Source: a virus
Direction: 5' to 3' (one strand)
Length of the DNA: 64,000 nucleotides
IMG/VR virus record: IMGVR_UViG_3300005466_000024
Location: 64,001-128,000 of that record
The notes beneath the pieces were generated by a model. The model saw only the letters and a program-made list of their open reading frames with translations. It ran no database searches and was not told the origin of the DNA. Position numbers and translations under genes: made by a program. Below, piece after piece: positions 1 to 9,810 of this stretch (position 1 is the stretch's first letter; each line of letters begins with the position of its first letter).

Positions 1-40
1 CACACGTAGTTGGGTGGGCTGATGTGTGAGAACTCAAGTT

Positions 41-96
41 CCAGTACACACTGAAGATCCCGATCGCTTCTTTGCTCTCGGGATCTTCAGTGCTGG
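41..96 (-). terminator. Stem-loop downstream of the capsid gene (probable terminator)
   Basis: Perfect 15-bp inverted repeat CACTGAAGATCCCGA (49-63) / TCGGGATCTTCAGTG (78-92), extendable by CCAG/CTGG, just after the capsid stop at 108. Confidence 0.65.
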
Positions 97-107
97 TTGG
101 GAGCTTT

Positions 108-1112
108 TTAAGCTTTGCGCAAAATCATGAGCCCGCGCGGATTGATCACGACCATGCCCAAAAGTTCGTCCATGACCCAGCCACGATGGAACTTGGGCAC
201 GTTGTTGTCCTCTTCGACGTCGAGGCTGTACATGATCGGCAGAACTCCGAGGAATTCCGGTGCCGGCGTCAGGTACGTGGTGCCCTTGGGGATGATGATG
301 GACTTGCCGATCTGGAATTCACCGAACTGGACGATGCGCTCGCCGGCGACGACGCTGTCCTTGAACGCCCAGCCGGTCGTCGCGATGTCCCACCGGTAGA
401 AGTCCCGGTATTCGTTGGGGTTGCACAGCAGCCGAGACGAATCCAACATGCGCTGATCGGTGAAGGTCACCGCGGTGTACAGGTCGTTGGGTTCCAGGTT
501 CTCCCCGGCCACGGTGATCTCGTTGGGCAGGCTGCCCGTCGAGGGGTTGGCGGTGGCGTCGACCAGCCGGTACTGGGCGGCCGACACCTCGAGCAAGGTC
601 ACCAGGCGCGCGTCCTCCTGACGCATGATGCCCTGTTTCGATTCGTCCTGGGTGTACTCCACGATGTTGCTGCGGAGCCAGTACAGGTCTTCCTTCTTGA
701 TGTTCGGGAACGTCGCGATGCGGAACAGCTCGACCCGCACGCGTTTGCCCTCGAAGGGGGTGATCTGCACTTCGCCCTCGTCGCCGTGCAGGATGTAGGC
801 CTGCCCCAGGTCGTCGAGCACGTCGTATTCGACTGGGACGCCGGGGGTGAGCGCGTCCTCGAGCAGGACGTTGCGCACGATGCCCTGGTAGCGCAGCTTG
901 AGCTGGATCGGGCCGATCATGGATTGCCCGAGACGCAGCAGGCCGTTCTGCTTGTCGTTGAGGATCTGGGCGAGTTGGATCTGCTTTTCGCGGGTGGACA
1001 GTTTGCGACCGCCCATGCGTCGCATCATGCCCGCCATTTCGGCGGCGTATTCCTCGGAATGCTTTGCGAGCTTGCCGAATCCGGTTGCGACCGGGAGTGT
1101 CGCCATGTTCAT
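108..1112 (-). CDS. Major capsid protein (Bxz1-like)
   Basis: 334 aa; segments RLGQSMIGPIQLKLRYQGIVRNVLLED, GERIVQFGEFQIGKSIIIP and GWVMDELLGMVVINPRG match recalled Bxz1-type capsids; SD GAGGA upstream. Confidence 0.9.
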   Translation of the reverse strand: MNMATLPVATGFGKLAKHSEEYAAEMAGMMRRMGGRKLSTREKQIQLAQILNDKQNGLLRLGQSMIGPIQLKLRYQGIVRNVLLEDALTPGVPVEYDVLDDLGQAYILHGDEGEVQITPFEGKRVRVELFRIATFPNIKKEDLYWLRSNIVEYTQDESKQGIMRQEDARLVTLLEVSAAQYRLVDATANPSTGSLPNEITVAGENLEPNDLYTAVTFTDQRMLDSSRLLCNPNEYRDFYRWDIATTGWAFKDSVVAGERIVQFGEFQIGKSIIIPKGTTYLTPAPEFLGVLPIMYSLDVEEDNNVPKFHRGWVMDELLGMVVINPRGLMILRKA

Positions 1113-1146
1113 GGTGTGTCCTCGTTTCTGTGTCGGCTCGCCGGAT

Positions 1147-1677
1147 TCAGCTGCCCGCCACCGCGCCGGAGGCGAAGTGGAACCTGTTGAGCCGCACGAG
1201 GATCTTGTCGGTCCCGTAGACGTCCATCAGTTCGGCGACGGCGTTGGTGTTGTCGGCGCCGGTGGGGGTCAGTAGGCCCTTGTTGGTGCCGGTGAGCAGG
1301 GTGCGGCCACCGTCGGAGGGGTTGTAGGAGTTCCAGTTGGCGGTCTGGTCGAAGGCCGGGGCGAAGATGACGAACGTCGCCTCGGAGTCGCCCACCCATA
1401 CGGTGAAGTTGTTGGCACCGGTGCCGGTGACCTCGTCGATCCCCAGGGTGGGGGCGCAGAACAGCGCCGAGAGGCCGAACGGCCTCTGGTTGCCGGTGCC
1501 CTTGTAGGGGGTGAAGAGCTCGCCGCCGAGTCGGCACATGACGCTGCCGGGGTAGATGTCGAAGCTGCGGTCGAAGTTGGGGTCCAGGAATCCCGCGTAG
1601 GTGGTGGCCTGCGTCTGGGCGTACTTGGGCTGAATAGTCCTTTTCTGACCGGGGTTGGCCAGGGTGGGCCGGAACAT
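1147..1677 (-). CDS. Capsid decoration/stabilising protein
   Basis: 176 aa directly upstream of the capsid gene, SD AGGAG; position and size typical of Bxz1-like head modules. Confidence 0.65.
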   Translation of the reverse strand: MFRPTLANPGQKRTIQPKYAQTQATTYAGFLDPNFDRSFDIYPGSVMCRLGGELFTPYKGTGNQRPFGLSALFCAPTLGIDEVTGTGANNFTVWVGDSEATFVIFAPAFDQTANWNSYNPSDGGRTLLTGTNKGLLTPTGADNTNAVAELMDVYGTDKILVRLNRFHFASGAVAGS

Positions 1678-1686
1678 GATGGTCTC

Positions 1687-4545
1687 CTAAATGAACAGCG
1701 CGCTGTCGTTGCTGGGGTCGGTGGCCGCGTACCGCACGTTCGAGGGAGCCGTGCGAGGTGAGGTCAGGCCGGGTGGGATGCGCCCTGCGGCACCAGAGGC
1801 CGCGGCCAGGCGCCGGGAGGCGCTGCGGGCGCGGGTGGCGTTGGCTTGCGCCACCGCCTCCAGGAGTCGGGTGCGGTCCACGATCGTGGCGTGGCGCATC
1901 TGCTGGGCCTGGGCGACCAGCTGCCATTTGTCCTCGTAGGGCAGGCCGCTGTTGATGTAGGCCTCGGCGTAGCGCACTGCCGCGACCGCGTCGGCCTTGC
2001 GGTTGAAGGAGGCGGCCCGTTCCTCGCGATCGGAGGTGCCGCCGCCTTCCCCGGGCGCCCAGATCTGCGAGTTGGTGGACAGGTCGGGTTTGGCGACACT
2101 GTCGCCCGCGTTCTGCCCGAACTCGCCGATGTCGTACTGGCTCTGCTGGGCCCGCTGATCGGTGGTGTCGTTGACCGGTGCCTCCACGTCCACCCGCTCA
2201 TCCGGCGCTGCAACTTCCAGCGATTCGTTGGCACGGCGATCCATGGCTTCCCTCCTGTCGACCTCAGCCCTTCTGGCCCGCCGCAGAAAAACTTCCAGCG
2301 CGGGGAACATGGCCTGCAGGGGGACGCCCGACGCTTCGGCGTAACGAGCCGCCTGGCGCCGAACGAAGTTGGGGTGGTGTGCGGTGGCCGACCGGCCGGT
2401 GGTGGCGCGCATCCAGTCGTCGAATGCCGCGAACGCGCGCACCGAGGCGTCCTTGGGTTGGGTGGAGTCGCTGACCAGTTCGACGTCGGTGAAGTCGTGG
2501 CCCTTGATGTCCTGGTCGTCGGTGCCGCTCAGCGGCGGGTCGAGCACCCGGGAGTCGGTGGTGGCTTCGGCGGCGGTGCGACGACGAGAGTCCTTGTCCC
2601 ACGGGAACTTTTTGTCGTCGTCCTTGTCCTTGTCGTCCTCGTCGTCGTCACTGCCGCACTCGTCGGAACCGGTGAGTGCGCGGTAGGCCTGGATGTCTCG
2701 TTCGAGGTCGACCGAACGACCCCGGATGCGTCGGCGCAGCGAGGCCACCAGGTTGTCGGGGGTGTTGGTGATCTTGGAATCACCGTCCCTGGGCGCTTCG
2801 ACGGCCTCGCCGCCGGGGGTCTGGCTGACGTACACCGGCTCCTGCTCGCCCTGGTCGTTGTCGTCGGTGTGGTAGGGGCCGCCCTCGACGTCGCCCGATC
2901 CGTCGGAGTCGGCGAAGTGCTGCTGGGGCGCCTTGGCGTGCCGGGAGGCCTGCACGACCCGCTCTGTCAACCCGCTCATGCGATGTGCCTCCTTGGACGG
3001 CTTTCTCTTTTCCTTGCGGTTGGCCGCAACCTGTTGCTGCAGTGGCTCGTCGTCGTCACCGAACGCCTGCTCGGCCTGCTGCAGGTCGCCCTCGGCTTCC
3101 TGCAGCAGCTCCGCGTCGGACTTGCCACTGCCATCTCCGCTGTCGCCGGAGTCGTCCGAGTCGCCGTCATCGGAGCCGGAGTCGTCGTCCTCGTAGTCGC
3201 CGTCGTCGGACTCGTCGGAATCCGATGTGTCGTCCTCGTCGCCGTCGGAGTCGTCGGAACCGTCGCTGTCGGAGTCGTCGTCCTCGGCCAGCCATGGCGG
3301 CAGGCCCTTGCCGTCGTCCTCCTCCGCGAAGACGTAGCGCCTCCCGGTCCGCGGGTCGATGAGGATTTGCGGGCGCTCGGCGTAGTCGGCAGAACGCTCG
3401 TGGTTACGGCGCTGCTTGGTGCGGGCCATGTTTCCCCTCCTCAGCCGGGGGTCTTCGGGGTCGACGTCCTCGACGTCTTCGGCGCGGCGGTCGGCGTCTA
3501 ACCCTTCTTCTTCCTGTTCGCGGTCGAGTTGCTTGGTTCGCGACAGGTCGGGGGTGCGCAGTTCCTTCGGCGACCGGATGGTCTGCTGGAACGGGACGTC
3601 GTCCTGTTCCTCGTTCTCCCACGGCGTGATGAACTGGTAGTCGCCGTCATCGAGGTCTTCCCGGCGCAGCGTGTCGATGTCCTCGGGAGCCTCCACCTCG
3701 CCGTACCCTCGCCGCTCGGTGCCGCCTTCGTGGTGGCGACGTCTCTTCTCCTCGAGTTCGGCGTCGAGCTGGTCGAGGAACTTGTCGGGGTCGAAGTAGT
3801 CGCGGATCCGCTGCCGCAGTCGGCTCGGGTGCTCCTCCTCCGGGGGCAGCTCCTTGATGGTGCGGTAGTCCCAGCCTTCGCGGTGGCCTGGCTGACGGCC
3901 GGCGGCGATCACCCGGCTGACCAGCGCGGTCTCGTCGGCCGGGTCGAACACGTACGACAATTCGAAGAACCCGAGTTTCTCGCAGATCTCGTGGACCGGT
4001 TCGACACGCCCGGTGCGCGGGTTGTACAGTTTCTCGCCCTTGCGGGCCGCGACGTGCTCGCAGAATTCTGGTTCGTCGGTGGCCCGGTTACCGCAATGGC
4101 TGCAGATGGTGACCGCGCACTCGACGCCCATCGACACCGAGTCCAGCCCGCCTTCGCGAATCTCCTTGGCCAGCTTGGGGAATCGCTGGGCGTCGACCTC
4201 CATGATGGTTTCGATGTACCGGTCGTCCCCGGCCTCGACGTAGCGCGCGGCGATGACCTTACCGCGGGCCTTTTTCCAATCTTCATTGGTATGGTTTACG
4301 AAGATCGGTTTCCCGATGAATGACCTGTAGCTCTTTTTCAATTCCTCGGAGGGCCAGGCGTCGTAATTCTGATTTATCCTGGCGGTTATCGCCCGAACTT
4401 GCGAGTACAGGAATCCTGGTTTCGGTGCCCAATTTCTGGCTATCGCGGCATGCTTCTGCCCGTGATATGCCATCAGTACTTGTTTGACGCCATCAACGGA
4501 AAAATGCCGCGATGACCCCGTCTTGATCGGGCGAACTATCGACAT
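1687..4545 (-). CDS. Capsid maturation protease fused to scaffolding region
   Basis: N-terminal ~215 aa have a prohead-protease-like pattern (KPIFVNH...RGKV...DSVSMG...FFELSYVFDPAD) with a CSHC/CEH Zn-ribbon insert; long acidic low-complexity C-terminal part; lies upstream of decoration and capsid genes. Confidence 0.7.
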   Translation of the reverse strand: MSIVRPIKTGSSRHFSVDGVKQVLMAYHGQKHAAIARNWAPKPGFLYSQVRAITARINQNYDAWPSEELKKSYRSFIGKPIFVNHTNEDWKKARGKVIAARYVEAGDDRYIETIMEVDAQRFPKLAKEIREGGLDSVSMGVECAVTICSHCGNRATDEPEFCEHVAARKGEKLYNPRTGRVEPVHEICEKLGFFELSYVFDPADETALVSRVIAAGRQPGHREGWDYRTIKELPPEEEHPSRLRQRIRDYFDPDKFLDQLDAELEEKRRRHHEGGTERRGYGEVEAPEDIDTLRREDLDDGDYQFITPWENEEQDDVPFQQTIRSPKELRTPDLSRTKQLDREQEEEGLDADRRAEDVEDVDPEDPRLRRGNMARTKQRRNHERSADYAERPQILIDPRTGRRYVFAEEDDGKGLPPWLAEDDDSDSDGSDDSDGDEDDTSDSDESDDGDYEDDDSGSDDGDSDDSGDSGDGSGKSDAELLQEAEGDLQQAEQAFGDDDEPLQQQVAANRKEKRKPSKEAHRMSGLTERVVQASRHAKAPQQHFADSDGSGDVEGGPYHTDDNDQGEQEPVYVSQTPGGEAVEAPRDGDSKITNTPDNLVASLRRRIRGRSVDLERDIQAYRALTGSDECGSDDDEDDKDKDDDKKFPWDKDSRRRTAAEATTDSRVLDPPLSGTDDQDIKGHDFTDVELVSDSTQPKDASVRAFAAFDDWMRATTGRSATAHHPNFVRRQAARYAEASGVPLQAMFPALEVFLRRARRAEVDRREAMDRRANESLEVAAPDERVDVEAPVNDTTDQRAQQSQYDIGEFGQNAGDSVAKPDLSTNSQIWAPGEGGGTSDREERAASFNRKADAVAAVRYAEAYINSGLPYEDKWQLVAQAQQMRHATIVDRTRLLEAVAQANATRARSASRRLAAASGAAGRIPPGLTSPRTAPSNVRYAATDPSNDSALFI

Positions 4546-4548
4546 CAG

Positions 4549-7500
4549 CTATCCCAGGTAGTGGGTTCCACGAAGTTCGTCCTCAGTGGGCAGGTTGCGT
4601 GCCCCCAGGACATGGCTCTCGCTCTCCAATTCCCTCTGCTCGGCGAGGGTGAAGTGGCGACCGGCGGTCTTGAGGAAGGCCTGTGCGCGACCGGCGATGT
4701 CCGCCATGGAGTAGTCGCCCCCACCGCCCGTAGGGGCGTCGCCACCGAGGGCGGTCGATGCGATGTTGGCCTGGAACTGGCGCACGATGTCCGAGCCCTC
4801 GCCGGATGGCCGACCGATGTCCGCCTTGGTGGCCAGCGCCTCCGGCGAGCCGCCCATACGAGTGAGGGAGGGGATCTGATCGTGGCGCAACAGGCCCGCG
4901 GCCAGCTGGTCGCGCTGGCGGGTGATCCCAGCCGAGCGGGTCGCCGGCTGGGTGGGTGGGGCGGCGTAGTCGCCTACCCCCGCACCACCCGAGAGGGGTA
5001 GTGCGCTGCCGCCGGTGTCGGTGGGGATCGCCGGGGTGGCGTAGACGCCGGGATCCTCGGCCTGACCCTCCTTCAGCGCCCATTCATCGAAATCGGGGTG
5101 CTGACTGATCCCCTCCATGTAGGTGTCGAATGGACGATGTTCCTTCTCCTCTGGCACATACCCATGCGGGAACCACTCTCGATGCAGGTCATCGGGAATT
5201 GCGCCCTGCCTGGGCCGCTGCTGCGGCTTGCCCTCGTCGGTGTACTTGGTCAGGCCGCCCTCAGTGGTGACGTCCTCGAGATCGGGACGTTCGTGCTTGT
5301 CGACGTAGTCCTCGGAGGTGCCCCACCACTGTTTGGGGTCGGGCCCGGATCCCTCGAACCCGTCGTTGGCCCAGTCCCCGCCGCCGGGTGCCTCGAACGA
5401 CCCGCCGGGCGGGATTTCGTCGTCGGCGCCGTAGTGCAGGGCGGCCACCAGTTGGCTGGCGTCGGCGCCGCGGTCGCGCAGCTCCTCAACCAGGTGGGCG
5501 ACCTCATCGTTGCGGTCGTCCATGTCTCCGAGGTCGTCATCGAGGGGTTCGTGGGCCAGGTTGCGCAACCGCTCGAGCAGTGCGGTGTCGTCGGCCTCGT
5601 GCAGCGCACCGAGCGCGCTCAGTCCGCCACCGATCGCACTGCCGATACCCGAGGCGATCGGTCCGGCGAGTTGGCCGACGCCTGAGGCGATCGGGCTGAT
5701 GATGTCGCCGATCATCCCGGGGTCGAACCCGCCGCCCATCGCCTCGTTGCGGTCGGCCGCTGCGGGTGGTCTGTCCGCCTCGTCCGGCGTGGTTCCCCCT
5801 GCGGGGGCGGCCGGATCGTTCAGCGCGGGGTCGGTGTTCGCCGGGCTGTTGGGGTCGTCCTGACCGATGTGCCACATCGGTTCGGGGGTGTAGGCGTTGC
5901 CCAGGGCGTCCATGAATGCCGAGGTCTTGCCGGGGATCTTGATCGTCTCGCCCGGCCGGATCAGGTCGGGGTCGCCGCTGGGGGCGTTCAACTGGCTGTA
6001 GTCCCCGCCCAGGCCGGCCCGCTCGGAGATGCCGCTCAGCGTGTCACCGGGTTTGACGGTGTAGCTGGAGCCGGGATCGATCGCGGTGGTGTCCGACGAT
6101 GGGGTCCACCCCGTACTGCCACCACCTCCGGTCGAGCCACCACTGGTCGCGCCAGTACCACTCGTAGCGGCGGCACCGGCCTCACCCCCGATGCCGGTGC
6201 TGGCCGCACCCCCGACACCGGCTGGACTGACGGCAGCGGGAGCGGTGGGTGCGGTACCCGTAGCACTGGGCGTGGGCAGCCCCAGGCCCTGGCTGTAGTC
6301 GCCCCAGAAACCACCACCCGTGCCACCTGGGGCCGTGCCACCCCCGATCGGGCCGCCGGGCCACATCATGTCCGCGAACCCGCTGCCTCCACTGGGAGTC
6401 GGGTTGTTCAGTCCCGGGTCGGTGTTCGCCGGACCGAAGAGGTCACTGTCGTCGGCGTAGTGGAGTCGGCCGAAGTGCACGATCTCATCGGGACCGGTGG
6501 TGTCGCGTTCGTCCTTGGTGACGTCGACGAACTTCTCGCGGTCCTCGTCGTCCTCGTCGTCGAGGAAGGTGAAGTTGGGGGTCAGCGACTGCGGGTGGGT
6601 GCGCAGCACGTCGGCGTGGCGCCTCCGGTGGGGGTCGTCCTCGTCCCATTCCTCCAGTTCATCGAGATCTGGTTCCAGCCCGTAGGGGTGTCCGCCGGTG
6701 CCCGCACCGAAGCTGCCCGGCCGGTCGGGATCACCGATGCCTTCGGGGTTGTGCTGCCAGCCTGCCGTCTTGTACACCTCGTCGGGATCGTTGACGTAGG
6801 GGACGTCGAAGTCTCGTTCGGGTGCCTCGGTCCGGTGGTCGTCGGCGTAGTCGAAGACCTTGTCGACGTCCTCGGCATCGAGGTCTGCGTTGGGGGTGGA
6901 CACGAAGTTGTCGGCAGCCGGCTGGTCGACGTGGCCGCCGTTGTCCTCGTTGACGTAGGTCTTGAAGTCGTCGACTGCGGCTCCGGAGCGGCTGCGGTAC
7001 TTGCGCTGCTGGGTGCCCGGCCCGGTTTCCAGGACGTAGTCCCCGGTGAAGTGCTCGGGGGATTCCTTCAAGTGCGCGGACTGCATCTCGAGGTACGTTG
7101 CGTAGCCGTGGCTGCACAGCCGCCCGACGTAGGACACCTTGCGTTTGAACGCCCAACTACCCCACGGGCAGGTGCACACCCAGGCACTGATCGACTGCTG
7201 CCCCAAGCCGCCGTGGGCTCCGGACTTGGAGATCATCACGTCGTAGGTGTCGTGGTCGCCCTCCACCGTCGCGTAGATGTCGTTCTTGGAGACGGAGTGC
7301 ACCTCGACCTTGCCCTCGCGGCGCAGCCGCATGGCCTTTTGCCGCACGTCGGCCCAGGCCGACGTGCGCAGCTGCTTGTCGGCCTCGATCAGCAGGACGT
7401 AACGCTTCATCGACTCGTCGTCGTGCAGTCGCGCGTAATGGGTGCCCACCCTGCTGATCTCGCCGAGCGGGTCGTCACGGAAGCGCTGCACGGGGTCGTC

Positions 7501-8217
7501 GCGGCGGGCGGCGGCACCGAAGATCGGGGCGTACTTGTCCGACAGTCCCGCTGGACGGTACATCGTTATCCCGGCCTGGTGTACGACGTCTGGCAGACCC
7601 TGGTGCCAGTCGTCGTCTCCCCAGGCGTTGCCGGCCGGATCATTGCCGCGGTCGGCGTGATGGTGGCGACGTTCGTGCTCGCGGATCAGGTGGCTCTGTT
7701 CGTCGAGCGGCAGGAAGCTGGTCGGGAAAGGTTCCTCGCCTCGGTCGTTGTAGGTGTGAAAGTCATCGGTGCCGTGTCCGGGTCTGTTCCCGCTCTCGGC
7801 CCAGCCGTCATCGCCATCGTCACCGTAGTAGCCGTGCCGAGGACGCACGCCGCCCTTGGCGAACAGTCGCGGGTCCGGGCCGGGCCAGGGCCGGTTGGGA
7901 CGTTCATCGTGGAAGGTGCGCGAATCGCTCGGGGAGAGTCGTTCGTCCCGGTCGATCTCCTGATCGCCGGGCAGAATGGTCGACTGATCTGCCCACATGT
8001 CCACCGGGTACTGCGGGCTGGGGTCGTAGGGCAGTGTCGTCGAGTTGGACTCGTTGACGTCGCCATCATCAATGGTGGTGGCCGCCTCGTGGCACAGCTC
8101 GGTGGCATCGATCCACGTTGCGAAGCCTGCGCCGGCCACCTTGTACTGGGTGCGTCCATGGACTCGCTCGGTGGCCACGATCTCGCCGGGCCCGAACGCG
8201 GTGGAAATTGTGGTCAC
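4549..8217 (-). CDS. Large modular virion/head protein with SWIM-like Zn finger and LysM domain
   Basis: 1222 aa; CTCPWG...GRLCSH (SWIM-like CxC-xn-CxH); YTVKPGDTLSGIS...DPDLIRPGETIKIP (LysM); acidic and Gly-rich linkers. Confidence 0.7.
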   Translation of the reverse strand: MTTISTAFGPGEIVATERVHGRTQYKVAGAGFATWIDATELCHEAATTIDDGDVNESNSTTLPYDPSPQYPVDMWADQSTILPGDQEIDRDERLSPSDSRTFHDERPNRPWPGPDPRLFAKGGVRPRHGYYGDDGDDGWAESGNRPGHGTDDFHTYNDRGEEPFPTSFLPLDEQSHLIREHERRHHHADRGNDPAGNAWGDDDWHQGLPDVVHQAGITMYRPAGLSDKYAPIFGAAARRDDPVQRFRDDPLGEISRVGTHYARLHDDESMKRYVLLIEADKQLRTSAWADVRQKAMRLRREGKVEVHSVSKNDIYATVEGDHDTYDVMISKSGAHGGLGQQSISAWVCTCPWGSWAFKRKVSYVGRLCSHGYATYLEMQSAHLKESPEHFTGDYVLETGPGTQQRKYRSRSGAAVDDFKTYVNEDNGGHVDQPAADNFVSTPNADLDAEDVDKVFDYADDHRTEAPERDFDVPYVNDPDEVYKTAGWQHNPEGIGDPDRPGSFGAGTGGHPYGLEPDLDELEEWDEDDPHRRRHADVLRTHPQSLTPNFTFLDDEDDEDREKFVDVTKDERDTTGPDEIVHFGRLHYADDSDLFGPANTDPGLNNPTPSGGSGFADMMWPGGPIGGGTAPGGTGGGFWGDYSQGLGLPTPSATGTAPTAPAAVSPAGVGGAASTGIGGEAGAAATSGTGATSGGSTGGGGSTGWTPSSDTTAIDPGSSYTVKPGDTLSGISERAGLGGDYSQLNAPSGDPDLIRPGETIKIPGKTSAFMDALGNAYTPEPMWHIGQDDPNSPANTDPALNDPAAPAGGTTPDEADRPPAAADRNEAMGGGFDPGMIGDIISPIASGVGQLAGPIASGIGSAIGGGLSALGALHEADDTALLERLRNLAHEPLDDDLGDMDDRNDEVAHLVEELRDRGADASQLVAALHYGADDEIPPGGSFEAPGGGDWANDGFEGSGPDPKQWWGTSEDYVDKHERPDLEDVTTEGGLTKYTDEGKPQQRPRQGAIPDDLHREWFPHGYVPEEKEHRPFDTYMEGISQHPDFDEWALKEGQAEDPGVYATPAIPTDTGGSALPLSGGAGVGDYAAPPTQPATRSAGITRQRDQLAAGLLRHDQIPSLTRMGGSPEALATKADIGRPSGEGSDIVRQFQANIASTALGGDAPTGGGGDYSMADIAGRAQAFLKTAGRHFTLAEQRELESESHVLGARNLPTEDELRGTHYLG

Positions 8218-8268
8218 GAGAGCCTCCGTCCTACCCTTTTCGGGGGACGGGGCGTAAGCCCTCTGAGG

Positions 8269-8883
8269 TTACCGGCCTGTCAGCGGGTAATCGATGTGGT
8301 TGCCGCCGAAGGCCAGCCGCAGCCGGTCGAAGACGATGTCACCGACGTAGTCCAGTTCGGCGACGTCGAGTCCGTACCCGGCCGTCACATGGGCCGTGAA
8401 CGGTCGGTGTTGACGGGGCAAGTTGAATATCCTGGTCGTTTCGGTGGCCAGCTCGCCTTGCAGGCCGGTCAACGGGGTCTCCTGCCCTGCCTGGTCGTTG
8501 ACCAGGTACACCGCGCACGGCTCGGGAGCTTCGTCGGTGTCGTCGTGCAACGGAACCGCAGGCTGGGGGTTGAACAGGGCGTGCCCGAACACCCGGGCGG
8601 GGATGGCCGGGTTCTCGCTGGCGAACTGGGCCGTCAACCGTTCTACCCGGTCCGGTGATTGCCCGGTCACGTCATCACCGAGGTACACCAGGGTCAGGTG
8701 CAGTTCTTCGACGGGTTCCCCGCCGGGGATGGCCAGTAGCTGTGCGCAGTCCTCGCGGGGTACGGCAGCGATCATGCCCCCGTGCTGCCGTGCGTCGGCA
8801 ACCCGCGGGGGCAGCGCCCCCATCAGCTGACGGTCGGCGTACGGGGTCTGGGCATCGAGGTACAGCCAGGTGTTGTCGGTCAT
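8269..8883 (-). CDS. 2H phosphoesterase (2'-5' RNA ligase-like)
   Basis: Two HxT motifs (HLTL, HVTA); start placed at ATG 8883, overlapping the upstream stop. Confidence 0.8.
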   Translation of the reverse strand: MTDNTWLYLDAQTPYADRQLMGALPPRVADARQHGGMIAAVPREDCAQLLAIPGGEPVEELHLTLVYLGDDVTGQSPDRVERLTAQFASENPAIPARVFGHALFNPQPAVPLHDDTDEAPEPCAVYLVNDQAGQETPLTGLQGELATETTRIFNLPRQHRPFTAHVTAGYGLDVAELDYVGDIVFDRLRLAFGGNHIDYPLTGR

Positions 8884-9206
8884 TCGATCACCGGGCCGGC
8901 CCCGCAGAACGGGCAGCCACTGGGTTCGATGCCGCAGTCGTCCTTGCGGTAGATCGGGGTGGAGGTGAACAGTTCGCGGTCGCTGTGTTCCCAGAACAGT
9001 TTCCAGTGCTTGCGCAGCTGGTTTATCAGTGTCTCGGTGGCTGGGTCGTCCTCCTGCACTGGGCAACTCACCGAATAGGGAATGTCGGCGGCGTTGCCAT
9101 CGCGCAGCGCTTCCACTCCGTGTGCCGTGAAGTAGTGTGCCAGACTGATCGCCTGGTCGGCGCTGTCAACCGGGAAGGTCTTGTAGTAGACGTCTGTGAT
9201 GGTCAT
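8880..9206 (-). CDS. Hypothetical protein
   Basis: ATG 9206 with AG-rich SD; 108 aa; ATGA coupling to the downstream gene. Confidence 0.6.
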   Translation of the reverse strand: MTITDVYYKTFPVDSADQAISLAHYFTAHGVEALRDGNAADIPYSVSCPVQEDDPATETLINQLRKHWKLFWEHSDRELFTSTPIYRKDDCGIEPSGCPFCGAGPVIE

Positions 9207-9252
9207 GACACATCTCTCTCCTTGCTGACCGGGGGAGCCATTGTGTTGGCGC

Positions 9253-9555
9253 TTATTCCGTTCGCGCGCCGCGTTCTCCCGGTGCACCTGCGCCGTCGCA
9301 TGCTGTTTCCTCACGCCCATCACGGCCTGTTCGGTCGTGGTCACAGCGACCTGCACGACAGTTGACCTCGGGCGTGGGAGCTTTGCTGTCATCCAGCACA
9401 CCCATGACGATGTCGCGGTGAATGCGGTAATGTCCCCCTGGCAACCTGACACCCGTCAATTTGCCGTCAGCAATGTAGCGCTGAACGGTGCGCGATGATG
9501 TGCGCCACATCTTGGCGACCTGTGCAGACGTGAGGAGTTCGTCTTCCTCCACCAT
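9253..9555 (-). CDS. Excisionase/MerR-like helix-turn-helix DNA-binding protein
   Basis: LLTSAQVAKMWRTSSRTVQRYIADGKL..VRLPGGHYRI is a typical HTH_17 pattern; SD AGGAGG. Confidence 0.8.
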   Translation of the reverse strand: MVEEDELLTSAQVAKMWRTSSRTVQRYIADGKLTGVRLPGGHYRIHRDIVMGVLDDSKAPTPEVNCRAGRCDHDRTGRDGREETACDGAGAPGERGARTE

Positions 9556-9810
9556 CCGGCCCCCTCCTGACCAGAACCCCATTTACCCGAATTCCCATTG
9601 GCATTCAAGCCTGAAACCATATGAGCCGAGTCACACTCCGAACCAGGACCGGAGCCAGCATAAACCACATCACGCCAGGCACGCCAATCGCGTTGGCGCG
9701 TTTGTCGCGTTTGGCGACCTCGGGATGGCGTCATCGTCTCCACCTTGTCGTAAATTGGACACAAGGCGGCATTCAGCGGACATAAAGTATTTGAACAGGC
9801 CTCATTTTGA

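Noticed and set aside
3140-3290. Tandem DNA repeat element
   Set aside because: Explained by Asp/Ser low-complexity coding in the scaffold region
5869-8658. 929-aa plus-strand ORF (likewise 1846-3501, 12185-14056, 37051-39543, 41308-42858 and other long plus-strand ORFs)
   Set aside because: Antisense shadows of GC-rich minus-strand genes with no recognisable motifs
9253-9555. Excisionase marking a prophage attachment module
   Set aside because: No integrase, att-like repeat or host flank in the window; called a generic HTH protein
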